64,000 bases of DNA from Octopus vulgaris (Eukaryota), in NCBI GenBank assembly GCA_951406725.2, contig OX597816.1, positions 31,000,001-31,064,000 on the forward strand, written 5' to 3'. Shown here piece by piece: positions 1 through 13,989 of this stretch (position 1 is its first letter; every line of letters begins with the position of its first letter). A model generated the notes under the pieces. That model was not told the origin of the DNA. It saw nothing but the letters and a program-made list of their open reading frames with translations, and searched no databases. Position numbers and translations under genes: made by a program.

Positions 1-274
1 CTAGCTAGTTAGCTACTTAACTAATTGACTAATATGAAAGAAGTGACATTGACGAAGTGCATGTGTTTATATAACTTGAACTTCTTTCGAACCTGAAACT
101 TGTTGCATAGTGTAATTAGATGTAATATACAAAACATTATTAGAACTGGGAATCTAATGTGAAAATATTATCAAAGTGTCAGCAGAAAACCGCCCGTAGA
201 ACGCTATTTCTGGTAGTATATATATGGATCTGTATTCGTTTTACCCTCTATGTGTGTGCGTATACATACATACA

Positions 275-392
<118 letters not shown>

Positions 393-394
393 AA

Positions 395-585
395 CGAATA
401 AAGATCCTTCCCGAGTTACATTGGCCTTGAGCGTACCTGTTCCCTACGTCTGTCAGGCGTAGGATTACTCATTTTGCCCAGCTAAATGCATTAGAGCAAC
501 CTGAAATGAAATATTATATTGAAGAACACAACGAGTCGCCCGATCCAGTAATGGAAACCATAATCTTACACTAAGCTTCGCGCTC
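395..585 (-). mobile_element. Degenerate tRNA-derived SINE remnant
   Basis: Minus strand reads GGTTTCCATTACTGGATCGGGCGACTCGTTGTGTTCTT...CATTTCAGGTTGCTCTAATGCATTTAGCTGGGCAAAATGAGTA: a B-box-like sequence followed by a CORE/V-like SINE body. Heavily diverged. Confidence 0.4.
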
Positions 586-689
586 CTTCCTATGCCTCTC
601 TACCCAACTACCTGCCTACTTACTTATCTGCCTACAAACGGTTATGTACTAAGTATATATACATGCATTTATACATACATATATATATA

Positions 690-740
<51 letters not shown>

Positions 741-2059
741 GTGTATGTGTGTATGCATGTATTTACGCATGCGTGTGTGCGTGCGTTTGTGTGTATATAA
801 ATTACTGCGTTTTTCCTTTATATGTATGCAGAATATAGACTGGAAAACTGTATGTTGCCAGACATTCAGTTGTTCTTCATATTTTATCTATTTTATTCTT
901 TAACTTAAACAATCACAATCCGCTATTAATATCAAAGCGCTACAGAATTTACAAAGAAAAATAGCAGACAATAATCGATCTATAATCAGCCACAATCAAT
1001 AATGCAACAAGATTTTTTGAGTTACCATTCAAAATTGCTCTTTTCCGTCAAACCAATATAGCATTCGCTATTTGGGAAATTGTTTAAAATACTTTTCAGA
1101 AGTTATGAATGTGAATTCCCGAATTGCCAAAATGATATTAATCTAGCCATTATAACATAGTTCAATCAGGGCGTCTTTTAATCAGGAACCTTTCGTATTT
1201 TTAGTTTATTTTATTTTATCTTATTTCGGTGAGCTTACAAGCTTTTAACTACATTTGTACATCTCGGAAGTTTTGAATAATTCTGTGCCGAATGTTTTAT
1301 TAAAAACCATAACACGTATATTTTTCCAATTTCCTAAACATCAATGAAATATCACTAGAAATGTTTACAAGCGAAAAAGAATCTGAGGATAATTGCTTCT
1401 CTAACATCCCTTGCATATTTCGTATTTTGCTAAATCTTTGTAACAAAATATTTCAGAGATATATTTCTTATTTATTTTGTGTTTCTCTCATTCCAGAATT
1501 CATCATCTGCTTTGACTCAATGAACTTCAATTTGAAGTATAATTCTTTGAATTCTTAACAATATGAGGAATCAACATGACTTTATTCTGTGATTCTCAGA
1601 AATAGGAACTGAAACAAAATCAAGGAATGCACGAGAAAATTGAATTTTCTGTGCGTAGGTGTTGAGCTTGAAAAATCGGTGTTGAAATGATTCTCGTTAC
1701 TAAATTGCATTTCTTTGCTTCTAGTTCAATAACATACTATTAACAAAACGATAATTACTGGTTAGAATATATTTTCCATGACAATTACCATTTGTCAATA
1801 GATGTCTTCATTATTTGCCTACATTTTCCACCCAACATTTAAACCATCCAACACATGCGCCCGCGCACACACACACATCCTAATTTTAAATATAAATGAG
1901 TTCAAGCATATTCCGCCGTGAAAAATATCTCTTCACACTTACGTTATTCAAGATTGTAATATCTCTGCGGAAGAAATTTTGACGAATACTTTACTCTGAT
2001 CAATTTATAAATTCTGAGAAGAATTTGTTTGACAATATCTACGGGAAAACTCGTTGTAT

Positions 2060-4150
2060 GATGAAACGTGACGAAAGCCTTGCATACTTTTACTGTTGCA
2101 CTTACAGTTTGTGATATTCTTGTGTGCCAGATGCTCATTTCATTACTATTTCTGAAAACCTTAACTGATCCAGATTGTCATTTAAGCGTTAACTCACAAA
2201 CGTGATCAATTATCATTGATAGAAATGAAAATCTTTAAACTGGATATAGCAGATGAAGGTTGTGAAACAATTATCCAGATTTATCCTCTTTCTCTTTGAT
2301 CATCAAAACCATTCAGATCAGCAGAACAGCTGAAATCTCTGACGGCACATATTTTACTTCTCTGTCCATATCAACAATATGCGGCCCCTTGTTGCTTACA
2401 ATTAATAGATGTTTTCTTGGGATAGCTTGACGAACCTTTCTTGTGTTGATGATTGTGCATGTACTCAATATCAAGAGAATATACTATATTTATTCCCGGG
2501 CAATATTTTTTTCTGAATGACTGTTTTTAAACAGTGTCGCGTCACAGAGGAAAGTAGTAACTAGATGATATTTTAGAAGAGCTGCCAATCATGTGCGATA
2601 TCTTCCTCAGAGATATGAAATAATCTGTATCCTTTGTTGCTTCTTGGAGATTCAAGCGTTTCGCACTTTCTATTGTTTATTAGGTATAGTTTTGCAATAT
2701 CCTGTTTTGGAACTGCGATGCAATATAGAGGTCACGATTCCAAGAAAGTTTGCATTTCATGTCAAAATTAGTGTCTTCTTCACGTCTTCACAAAACTTGC
2801 ATAATCTATTTCTGGAATGCTGACCGTTTCCCAACCATATCTTCTTTGAGGTATGTTAGTCCGGTTTTGGGGGTTATAGGAGGTCATAAGGAAGAGATTG
2901 TTTGCGGTGTAGCTCGTCGTTGACAAGAAGGATATTGTAGTATTCACTTCCCTGCAATAAGTTAATGCTTTTGCTTTTTGTTGCTACGGTTCTGCAAGTG
3001 CTGTATCATTTGACATTCAGAGGCTATCTGCGCAGATCTCACAACTCTACCGCTTTCGTCTCTTTCATAGAAAATGTTGAGATCACTATTTCTGAGGATA
3101 TGACAATCTGATGTCAGGATCTTATGGATTTTACGTATATGAAGGAGATTTCGTCTATAGACCAGCCAAGTTTTCCAGAAGTTGGCATGAGTTCTGATAC
3201 TTTATTATGAGATATATTATTTTTGTAAGAGGAGTGAGTTCTGTCTGCCGCACTTTAATCAGTCGGGAATAATATTCTCAAGTCATTTTTCATTTATTCA
3301 CAATATTTTCATGTGATATTTTATCATCAATGCCTACTTGCTTGTAGCATTCTTTGTGGGAGACAGGAGATATAGTGAGGCCATTGATGCATAAGTTTTG
3401 AATCTGCGAGATGTGCTTTCCACATCCAAAGATCAGACACGATCATTTCATTTGACTAAATTTCATTATTACTTTAGCTGAATAATTTATTAATTGCAGC
3501 TGGGTTTTTTTTTTCGCATGATGTCATCCACAAAGAAATTATGAGTTACATTAATATCGATAACAATTGCAAGAAAAACATGTAGCCCTCTGTTTTTTGT
3601 TTTTTTTTGTTGAAGAAATGATAATGGATTTAATGCCAAAATGAACAGAATTACAGAAGGATTTGGAAAAAAATCTCTAAAAGAAATATCTCTTCGATAT
3701 TCCCTTTGAAATATAACATTGAAGAAGATCGTTCGGCTCTCACTTGTAAGTGTAAAATTATTAGGCTTTCAAAGGCAGGAATGAAAGGAGCAAGCACTTG
3801 TGGCAAATGTAGACACTCCAGCAGACACGACTGAGAAATAGAGTTGAATGCCTTCACATAATGAAGTCATACACTTGCCAACTTTTTACATAGTTTCATC
3901 ACTACTGATTTACTTATGAAATCTGTTTCAGCACGTCCTCCACACTCCATTATTGCAACCTGCTTGTTTTACAGTGAGCTTGTCGCTGGACTCACAATGA
4001 TCCTCGATAAACTGGTTGAGACAGCATGTGTACAGGAGCTATAGTTTTTTGTCACCTCGGTGGCTTCATTCTTGATTACAAAATTTTTCTGTGCAAGCCT
4101 ATTTTGTGTTTCAATCCGATCTTCCATAGTTATTTGAAATAAACATATTA
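2060..4150 (-). pseudogene. R4/Dong-clade non-LTR retrotransposon (RT plus restriction-like endonuclease), decayed; interrupted by the SINE at 4151 and probably continuing to about 4700
   Basis: Manual minus-strand translation gives ordered motifs: LHYVKAFNSISQSCLLECL (cf. LDYxKAFDSVPH), SVILFILALNPLSFL, THNFFVDDIM (catalytic xDD), INGLTISPVSHKECYKQVGIDD, NKGPHIVDMDREVK..EIS (RLE RPDIVV-like) and the C-terminal SATVKVCKAFVTF. Many stops and frameshifts. Confidence 0.8.
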
Positions 4151-4544
4151 GGCGCAGGAGTGGCTGTGTGGTAAGTAGCTTGCTAACACACCACATGGTT
4201 CTGAGTTCAGTCCCACTGCGCGGCATTTTGGGCAAGTGTCTTCTACTATAGCCCCGGGCCGACCAATGCCTTGTGAGTGGATTTGGTAGACGGAAACTGA
4301 AAGAAGCCTGTCGTATATATGTATATATATGTATGTGTGTGTGTGTGTGCCTGTGTTTGTCCCCCTAGCATTGCTTGACAACCAATGCTGGTGTGTTTGC
4401 GTCCCCGTAACTTAGCGGTTCGGCAAAAAGAGACCGATAGAATAAGTACTGGGCTTACAAAGAATAAGTCCCGGGGTCGAGTTGCTCGATTAAAGGCGGT
4501 GCTCCAGCATGGCCGCAGTCAAATGACTGAAACAAGTAAGAGAG
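4151..4544 (+). mobile_element. tRNA-derived SINE, family 1 (CORE-like), full length, with internal (TA)n(TG)n
   Basis: A-box-like TGGCTGTGTGGTAAG, B-box-like GAGTTCAGTCCC and CORE-like TTGGGCAAGTGTCTT. Closely similar copies lie at 41760 and 42892. Confidence 0.9.
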
Positions 4545-5959
4545 CGTGGTTTCCTGTAAAATATCGTGCCTTCCCTTTATACTATTTGCCTATAACTATG
4601 CTGAAAATGTCAAGATCAATTTCATGTTTTACTGTAAATGTTGGTGCAGCATTCTCTACCTACTCTAATTAGCCAGAAGACTTTAAAACTGAACTTAACC
4701 TTTTCATTCCAAAATCTCAAACACATTCTTGAGGTTGAAAGTTTTCTTAAGAGTAATAATTTCCTTCTTCATCTTTCTGTATAATTCCAGTTTTAGACTT
4801 GTGATTATTCAGGCTCCTTAAAAATATTGTAGCAGAGATATACACTCAGCGCCCAAATTTGTGTTTTAGGGAATTAATCTTCCTGCAAGAGTTTGATGCA
4901 AAGGGATACCAGAGTTTTGTAAATTTATTCATAAGAGGTAATTGGTGAGGTGTAAAATCATTATTCTGCTTAGATTGTATTATCGTGGTTAATCATCGAA
5001 TATGGTTAAAGATCTTCACAGATCTTATTTAGAATCATATTTAGAATCAGTCCTTGTTTAGTAGTATCGTTAGCATATAGACTGCAGAGGTTTCCTAGGT
5101 TTTCTTTGACAGTGATAGTAATTGTGGATACGAGGGTACTAATGTCCTCGTTGTTAACGCCACATGGTGCCACGTGCTCTTCAAACATCGTTTGAACATC
5201 GAATCTTTAGGATTACTTTTTCTTAATCTTGTTAAGAATGGCCTGCCACTTGACGAAAGTTTTAAAAAGTTTACTGGGGAATTGGGTTTCACGATGATTC
5301 AAAGTTGTATATATTCCACAGTTGTCTGTTGAGCCCCGAAGCACATCTTGGTTTAGATGTAAATCCCAAGTAAAATCGAAAAAGTACTTACGTCTTCTGA
5401 CATAGCATTTTCATCAGGAGTGTTTATGTTCATTTAAGCCATGTTCCTGTTCACGAAATTCCATGTGGTTTAAACTAAAATGTATTTTTCTAAATTATAA
5501 TTGGAGATATTAACTAGTTGCTGATTTGATTAGAGGAGTCAGCATTATTCTTAATGGAACGTTCAAACATAATTTTTACAGTCTTCTCTATCTGCCCGTA
5601 TGAAGTTGACAGTGGCTCGTTCTCTTATGAATTAATGTATGTATGTGAGTATGAATGTATGTATATATGTATGTATAGGTGCACATTTGTAGGTTGTGCT
5701 TTATGTGTGTATTTTTACGCATATAATTGCGTATCTAGACATGCTCCTATATAATCAACTGATAAATGTTTGGAAAGTTTTACATATTTTAACAGTTTCA
5801 GTGAAGCCTTGAATTTTTACTCTTCGAAACGGCTTTCTCCTTTCTGGAGTTTTGAGAAACCTAATCTTTCAACATTTGTATTTAGGAACTGTGTAACTTA
5901 TTCCAGTGTCAGAATAATTACTGGAATAAATCTAAACCTGTAATCTGGGTAGATTTCTC

Positions 5960-7250
5960 AATACTTCAGCGTAAATATTCTGTTTTTTGCTGATCTTCAG
6001 TTCTATGTTAGCATCCGCTGGGTAGCAGATTTCCACAGTTGTACGCAGTTTCCCTTCTCTGTTTCAAATCATTATATCAAGTTTATTGCCTTTACATTTT
6101 ATTTAGGTTTTCGTTGGGGCATACCTCCAGTACTCCTTTTTATTATGACTGGCTATGGCTTCTATTAAACTGTGAGTTTTTATATCTCTGTCCTCGAGGT
6201 TATCTTTCCAACAGATCTCATTATACAGTGTCCGAGCTACATCATGTCTCATCGGCAGATTATACCCTAATTACATTTTCGGAGAACTGACTATGATGTG
6301 GATCATATTTCCGGCGTGAACTCCACAAAAACTGCATCAGTTGTCATATTTTACTGCTTTTCTGCTTCTCTGTCTCTTTTGTGTATCAAGTATTTGGTTG
6401 ACATTTCCAGTTCCTGGATTGCAAACTCATACCCTTCAAAGTGGGAGTTAGTAATTTGGCTGTTCGTCCGCCATAGAATGCTTTGATGATCAATGGTAAT
6501 ATCATCTCGGAGCTTTCAACTAGCATATCCATGATTGATCATCTACTGATATACGCTTATCCTTTGAACTGCTGATTCTTTGCGGCAGAGTCGTGCGATT
6601 AATTAGGGAATGCATTTAAGGTTATCAGACTAGGAATGCTGCTCAAGAAGCTGCTTTCCAAGTCTCAGGATGTTATCAGCTTCATGAATGCAGACATGGT
6701 CAAAGGATGCACTTCGACACTTGGTGGTTAAAAGATGTTGCCGAAGGTATATGATACGACATTCAGATGCAATCTGGATTGAGATTAAGCCTCTGCCACC
6801 TTGTTTTCGTTTTAGGTTGAGACAGTCTACATTAGTGTTGATGTGGAATTATGTGTGCTGGTTAGTAACTTCCGGGTTTTCACATCAATGGCTTGGATGT
6901 CATTAAGCGTCTAATCAAGCAGCCGAGTTGTTAATATGAGTACTGGCACTGCAAACATATTGTGCGCCAGCCACTGCTTCATTAAATGCGGAGAGTTCCG
7001 CGGTCAAAATTTTCTATATTCAACTGTAATATTCTTTAGTGATACGTGTTTTGTCACACGCACCATTGTAAGATATGTTATCATTAGCACCTGTATACAT
7101 GTAACATTCTTCATCAGATATAGGGGCAACAGTTAAGTCATTGGTGCAGATGTTGCTAATCTAGTTTATAGTTTTCCCTCTTTTTACAGCCACATAGCAA
7201 CATTTATCCTCACCAAAATACAGCCCTATATCCTTTGAGAATGTTGAAAC
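5960..7250 (-). pseudogene. Second R4/Dong-clade LINE fragment (RT thumb to zinc-knuckle region), decayed
   Basis: Manual translation: TRITKEYY, AHNMFAVPVLI, IQAIDVKTRKLLT, NVDCLNLKRKQGGRGLI, SHFEGYEFAIQELEMSTKYLIHKR, YNLPMRHDVARTLYNEI. Confidence 0.85.
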
Positions 7251-7289
7251 AAGGTTAAAGCTTTGTTACAATGTAGAATGTTGTAACAA

Positions 7290-7460
7290 GGTTAAGTTTA
7301 AGAGATAAGAAATTATGCACATTATTTACATTATTTACACTTGACGGATATTTGTCCTCATCTCGTTTGTTGTTAACACAACATTTCAGCTGATATACCC
7401 TCCAGCCTTCATGGGGTGTCTTTGGGAAATTTCGAACCTGGGTTCTCATTCCTAAGGTAG
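7290..7460 (-). mobile_element. Short PLE-type terminal fragment with a degenerate minimal hammerhead (7376-7419)
   Basis: Minus strand: ACAC-CCCATGA-A-GGCTG-GAGGGTATAT-CAGCT-GAAA-TGTT-GTGT. Stem I is ACAC/GTGT and stem II is GGCTG/CAGCT; the core is mutated from CTGATGA. Confidence 0.5.
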
Positions 7461-7600
7461 CCTTCATTAATACCAGCATATGATGTACTGATTAAGAGCG
7501 CGGGTTACTAACCATTGTGATATGCTACTATTCCCATTTAGAAATTTCTGGTACAGGTTTATAAGAAATGTTCGGTTGAAATTTAGCTTCTTGTGCCAGT

Positions 7601-7989
7601 ATCCGTATAATGCTTTGTTGTTAAAAGCTATTGATATTGAAGGTGTTTTGGTTCACCTTGTAGGAATTATTTTGGATAAAGAAAAAAGAACAAATCTGTG
7701 TAGAAGTTTCATTGTTGTTGACGCCTTGGGAGGTTAATGCTTATATGAATGTCTTGTTCGGGATGGGTTGAGAATGATATTTTTGCTGAGGTTTTGGAAA
7801 GCATTTTTCTTTCTTATACTTTTATTTGGTGGACAGCCGTGGCAGTGATTTCTGGTTATTCATTATGTGTCCTTACTAAAGATTCAAAAATACTACCGAT
7901 AACAAAAACCGTACTGATGATGTTTACAATATCGATACCAATAATTACATTTGGGCTTCACAAAATAAATATACAAGAAAAAGAACGAA
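7601..7989. repeat. About 390-bp dispersed repeat, copy 1
   Basis: Near-identical to 11780-12172 in the same orientation. ORFs 7749 and 11932 share MSCSGWVENDIFA... Confidence 0.92.
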
Positions 7990-7994
7990 AAGTC

Positions 7995-8400
7995 AATCAG
8001 GCTCTTCCAGGTACTTTTGCAAATCGAAGTTTCTGGGTCAAAGTTGTTAGGGTATCACCATCAATGCTGTATGTCTTGAGTATAATTTTTCGAATTTCTT
8101 CGAGTCACAGACTCCAGAAAGTGTCTATGTCTTCTTGAGAAGGAGCTTCTATAATGTAAATTGCTTCTCGTTTCAAGTCTCTGTATACTGTTATTTTTTT
8201 CTCTCTCCGTTATTCTCTTCCGATGTCGGAGTTTCTCATTGATGGCTTTTAGCTCCTTATTTAGGTTGATCAGTTTCCAAGTGATGGTCCTTTTTCTCCA
8301 AACATCAACTGTCTCCGTCTTCACTTTTTTGTTGGTGAGACGTACTTTAATTTGCTTGTTTACACGCAATACACATCATCACATTGCTGATGTTCTTCCT
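7995..8400 (-). pseudogene. R4/Dong-like LINE fragment, region N-terminal to RT
   Basis: ORF 8061..8369 contains LKAINEKLRHRKRITEREKNN, resembling the basic helical segment that precedes RT in R4/Dong ORFs. Confidence 0.55.
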
Positions 8401-8408
8401 TAAATCAG

Positions 8409-8537
8409 ATGTATGTATGTATGTATGTATGTATGTATGTATGTATGTATGTATGTATGTATGTATGTATGTATGTATGTACGTACGTACGTACGTACGT
8501 ACGTACGTACGTATGTATGTATGTATGTATGTATGTA
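8409..8537. repeat. (TATG)n(TACG)n(TATG)n microsatellite
   Basis: Directly visible. Confidence 0.95.
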
Positions 8538-8607
8538 TATGTGTACGTATGTACCCATCTGTCTCACTAAACAAACACACAGACGCATAAGCACACACAT
8601 ACGTATG

Positions 8608-8825
8608 TTTCTATATTACCCTTAAGGGCTAAACATAGAGGGGACAAACAAGGACAGACAAACGAATTATGTCGATGAGTGCGTAACTGGTACTTAATTT
8701 ATCAACCCCGAAAGAATGAAAGGCAAAGTCGACCTCGGCGGAATTTGAGCTCGGAACGTAACGACAGACGAAATACGGCTACGCATTTCGCCCGGCGTGT
8801 TAACGTTTCTGCCAGCTCGCCGCCT
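8608..8825 (-). mobile_element. tRNA-derived SINE, family 2 (Meta/MESC-like central domain)
   Basis: Minus strand: GGCGGCGAGCTGGCAGAAACGTT (A-box-like)...GAGCTCAAATTCC (B-box-like)...GAGGTCGACTTTGCCTTTCATTCTTTCGGGGTTGATAAATTAAGTACCAG. Many diverged copies occur in the window. Confidence 0.85.
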
Positions 8826-9655
8826 TATTAGCTCGTCATATATAGGTATGTGTTGAGTTAGACCGTGTTTACAGGCAGATTATAAATCCAGTGTCAATTT
8901 ACACCACAAGTGTAATTTAATCATTGGGGAAAATCTACACTGATATAATGCGACGTACTGTGACTGGTATAATCAATTTAAAACCACTGATTGTGATGCG
9001 CCAGCGCGGATGCAGACCGATGAAAGATGCAGCTTGAGATGCCATATTTCTAATACGATTGGATGTAAACTGAAACTGGTTTCCTGCTCACTCTAGCAGA
9101 GAAAAAAATAACAGGCTCTCTCAGAGGTGACCGGCTTCAAATGAAGAGCGATTTTCACTGCAACAGGCACAATCAAATTCATCGTAGATATGAATATCGT
9201 GATACGGAATTCAAATATATCAAATTTAAATTTTAATGTGAACAAAGTACCATACTGAAAAGTTAAAATTTCGTGGCATAGTTTTCCTTACTTAATGCCA
9301 AATTTTTGAGCACTTATTCCTCATAAAGAATTATTTATGTATTAACTTCGTCATACTAACATACTGATACTATGACTGTTATACGAAATACTTTTCATAC
9401 ATTATTTTCCACGCATGCGCGTCGCAAACAATTTCCGATTTCAAAATCACTACGCTGCATTCGTTTCATAAAGATCTATTCACTGCTATATCACATATGA
9501 ATAAACCGCATTCTTATGGTTTCTTATTTCAGCAAAATATCATTCTACATATGGCTTCTAAAATATTTTCGAAAACACGTTTACCATAGTCCTTCCTCCA
9601 TATTTATACCTAGAAATATGTGTATTACTTTATATAGGTATAAGTATGTGTGTGC

Positions 9656-9705
<50 letters not shown>

Positions 9706-11779
9706 ATATAAATACACACATATGCATACAAGACAGATGTCGATGAACCGAAATTACAAACAACATTAAGTATCTAAGATCTAAGATTAACATGTATTTG
9801 CTTGATGTTGTTGAAAATATAGGAATAGCTATAGTTTTAATGCTGGAGACAGATTAGATATATGTCATGGAATTCGAAATGCAATTTGTCAGAATTAATA
9901 GGGTGTCGAATGAAATTCCTTTCATTACCTATTCATAGACTTCGCTTTTGAAGTTCAAATCCCGTCGTAGTAAGTAATGTATAAAGTGTTAGTAAGTTTC
10001 ACGTCACTCCCTGGTACATTCGGCGAGGTCCACTTTGACGTAAACATTTCGGTCGTGTTTCCGATTGGCCCTTTCTTTTCTCCATCTCCCTCTCTTTTGG
10101 ATCATTTTCCCTGTAATAAGGAGCTTGGGTACTATCCTCCATGTTTAATTGGAAGATGGAAAAAGAAATGATAAAGAAAACAAAACAAAACTCAGGCTGC
10201 AACAATCACACTTAAAGACTTCTAAACGTTATTCACAAACATACACCGGACAATTTCTAAAAGAGGACGCTGGTTTCAATTCTTTAGATACAATGACCGA
10301 AATGGTAAGAGAAAATATAATTATGAAAATATTCTTCTGACGTGAATACATAAATTATTGACTGGATACATGATGGCGGTGGTGGCCATTGCTATTAGAG
10401 ATATAAAGTGATTATTATTATGAATTATAGACTTAGAGTGGAATAGATTAAGTACTTCAATAAAAAATCCATGTCATGCACCTGTAATCAGGTTCTAGCA
10501 GCAATTAGTACCACTATATATGAAGTTGCGTCTTAAGTTTACTTGAAATTAACTAAGGATTGTCGTGGTCGTGTCAACTGCTTCCTCTGTCAACCGCATT
10601 TTGTGAAATTGCTGCGAGTGGTATTCATCCCTATCATCTGAAAACCATAGATTTAGACTGCGTTGCAAAAACCCGGAGAGAGGAAGAAACCTCAGTGGTA
10701 TGCTGTAGTGTAAATAAAGTGTTTCAAGCGTATTCTTGAAGGTGAGAAAAGCAATGAAGTGAAAGAAATTATGGGAGACGAACGTGTTGTATGTGTCTAG
10801 ATGGTGGAGGGGATTAATTATGAAATTAATTGTAGTAACGATTAAAATAATGTAAAAGACACCAAACATGTTATTTGCTCAATGGCCAATGAAGAGCAAC
10901 ATTTGTGTCTCTTTATCTGAGCTTTGTACTGGTGAAATGAAGTCAGAATTTGATCTGAAAGTAGGAACCTTCACCAAATATTTGCAATACAGGAACCACG
11001 GCTAAAATAACGTGGGACCGATGGTAATGAACTGATTTATCGTAAAAGAAACATCTTAGATTTATGTTATTTACATTTACAAACCTAGTGGTATATCCAT
11101 AACCATCAGTTGCAAGCGACTATGAGCTGTTAGCATGTACCTTACCATCGCTAATTATGTAGTAGTCTTTGTAGAAGCGAACAGTCATAAAAACGCTTTC
11201 AGTATTTCTAACTGAGATATTCCTGTTCCAACACTCAGTTCGTACTAATTTTCAGATAAGTGGAATAATATGAAATGAAGAGCAATACACAAAGCGCGCG
11301 TAGCTTAGGAAACGAATCAATAAGTGTTAATCCAACGCTCGAAATACTAAGCCAGATACCATCACTAAATTCTCAATGAAACTCGGTTTATCTACGTGTA
11401 TATATTGCCTCCAGGTATATATCCTATGTGCCCTTTATCTCTGAGGTCAACAATGTGATAACGAGGTGAACTACACCTTAAAATCTCTGCTGGAGTTTGG
11501 AATGTGTGCTACAGTTATTACTGACACTCGTATTTTTTGTAATAAACTATGTATTCTGTATTGCTTTTCTAAATAGAAACTTTCGAAAGTGCAATGAATT
11601 AATAATATGACAGTTTGCTATAAAAAATATCGATGCTGAAATTTAGGAAGAGGTTTGCAATAGAATTTTTGTCTGTATCAGTTAGTTAAATATATTAACT
11701 AGAGTCAGCAGATTGCTCATATAAAGCTTACCTGCAGCGATACAGCATTATTATTAACAACAACAACAACAACAGCTAC

Positions 11780-12172
11780 ATCTGTATAATGCTTTGTTGT
11801 TAAAAGCTATTGATATTGAAGGTGTTTTGGTTCACCTTGTAGGAATTATTTTGGATAAAGAAAAAAGAGCAGACAAGTCTATGTAGAAGCTTCATTGTTG
11901 TTGACGCCTTGGGAGGTTAATGCTTATATGAATGTCTTGTTCGGGATGGGTTGAGAATGATATTTTTGCTGTCGTTTTTGGAAGTATTTTTCTTTCTTAT
12001 ACTTTTATTTGGTGGACAGCCGTGGCAGTGATTTCTGGTTATTCATTATGTGTCCTTACTAAAGATTCAAAAATACTACCGATAACAAAAACCGTACTGA
12101 TGATGTTTACAATAGCGATACCAATAATTACATTTGGGCTTCACAAAATAAATATACTAGAAAAATAACGAA
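11780..12172. repeat. About 390-bp dispersed repeat, copy 2
   Basis: Near-identical to 7601-7989; preceded by a short (CAA)n. Confidence 0.92.
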
Positions 12173-13559
12173 GAAAGAACGAAATGACAGGTTAGCTATA
12201 AAGGAATATAGTCATTGTACATTTTATACGTTCTTTACAGAATGGAGGAATTGAACGAATGTAGAATAATTGTTATAGTCATCTAATCATATTGATTTCT
12301 AAGATAAATGTAGGACTTCATATTCAGTGAGAAGATATGCTCATTTGTATTGGCCCCAGTGTTTGGATCCTATCTTATGGATCCCGAAAATTTGTTTTAT
12401 CTTAGAATCCCCATCGAGAACAGCAAATAAATGACAAGAGACTACATTCTGTAAGCAAATAAAAGCAAAATTAAGAATGAAATAAGTAACAGCACACTAT
12501 GGTATAGCAGTCTGACATCCAGACTACCTTAAGAAAAAAACCGAAAAGTAGTAAATCAATTCTCAAAAACGTAAATAACTACGCGACTCATTCCACAATA
12601 TTGAAACTTGACCACTTATGCATCATTGCGTTTGGGTATCGAAGTAAAAGACTGCTCTTAAATAATTATCCGCTCTTATAGTTGCGACTATTACTTTTCA
12701 TGACTTTCGCATGTCTTGATAAACTATCTCTATACAGGTCCGTTATTCGCATGGGTTTACCATTTTCTATGATCAATCCCTTTCTAAATACTAAATAATG
12801 TGAATAACTTTACTGGTATAACTAATCTAGCAATACTGAGTCAACAAATAGTTATAGTAACACGAGCAACTTTTTAACGCTTAATATTCTTTTTGCTAGA
12901 CATTGTATTTCAAAATTCTTTCTTGGAAAAACATATTCAACGAAGGCTATTTACAATTGAGACAAATTTCTGCTACTTAATCATTGCAAATAAAATTATT
13001 ATTTTCATGTACGAATTGCCGAACACTTATATTCTCAAAGATACCTTGCTTGCAATAACTTCTATTTCAAATTTGTTTGCATCATATTTTGCTGCATGTC
13101 AGACAGGAATTTATATCAACGAATATATTCCGAGAAAATATCCTTTTGGTGTCTTATGCTGATAAGAATCCATGAATATTTTTTATTGTATCTGATTATC
13201 GTGCACAAACCATAATTGTATCTTAAGGAAAAATATATATTATCATTATTATACTTGAAGTAATACCCTGAATACGTTATAACTTTTCCAAATACCTCGA
13301 GAGGTCTGCTTATGTGGGACTCGAGAGATTAGAATAATTTCCTTCCTGATTTTTACAGAACATTCGTAATTGTTCTGTTGATATGCAGGTTTATATAGCA
13401 CATAAATTTGATTTATTTAATCTCTCACATGCACACATATACATGCATATATACTATAGTCATAATTATATATGCGTGTGCATGTGTGCATACGCGCGTG
13501 TGTTTTTGTGTGAAAGATTACTTACATAGCTAATCATTGTTTATTAATTCACATTTAAA

Positions 13560-13750
13560 ACGACGATTAGTTGGCAGAAATTTTGCATGTGGGGTATTTT
13601 TCCGCCTGTTTAGGATTTGGGTGCAAATACAATCGAAATTGGGTAATCCTTCAATCCTTTTGGGCTCTATGAAATAAGTACGACTAGAGGATTGGGGTCA
13701 TTGTAATCAACACCTCTCCCGTCAAAGTTGTTGATATTGTACCAAATTAC
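13560..13750 (+). mobile_element. Degenerate SINE family 2 copy
   Basis: AGTTGGCAGAAAT...CCTTCAATCCTTTTGGGCTCTATGAAATAAGTAC aligns by eye with the 8608-8825 copy. Confidence 0.5.
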
Positions 13751-13989
13751 ATTACATTTTTCAAAAATGTTTTTGGGACACACATGAACACCTTTACATA
13801 TTTATGACTTATGCTTAGTATGTAACAAGACTCATTAGTATTAGGATATTTCAAAAAATATAATACTATTTAAAAAGATTTGTGTCGCGTTATTTTCTAT
13901 TTGCTTACACTTAGAAAATATGAAAAATGGCTAATATTTCCAACAAAAGTTTGCTTTTATTACATTATTCCAGCGCCAAAGAATCCATG

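Noticed and set aside
4151-4230. tRNA genes (also at about 16330-16405 and 8745-8825)
   Set aside because: A and B boxes are present but no complete cloverleaf was seen, and each continues into a multi-copy SINE body.
5390-5475. Minus-strand exon with a strong GAC|GTAAGT donor
   Set aside because: There are stops in the frames that follow the available acceptors, and no other support.
4700-5560. Short ORFs 5006..5188 and 5095..5292 as a gene or retroelement
   Set aside because: No recognisable motif was found, so the region is left unassigned.
12880-12990. hAT dimerisation-domain-like peptide on the minus strand
   Set aside because: It needs a frameshift and several substitutions, and no TIRs or other hAT motifs were found.
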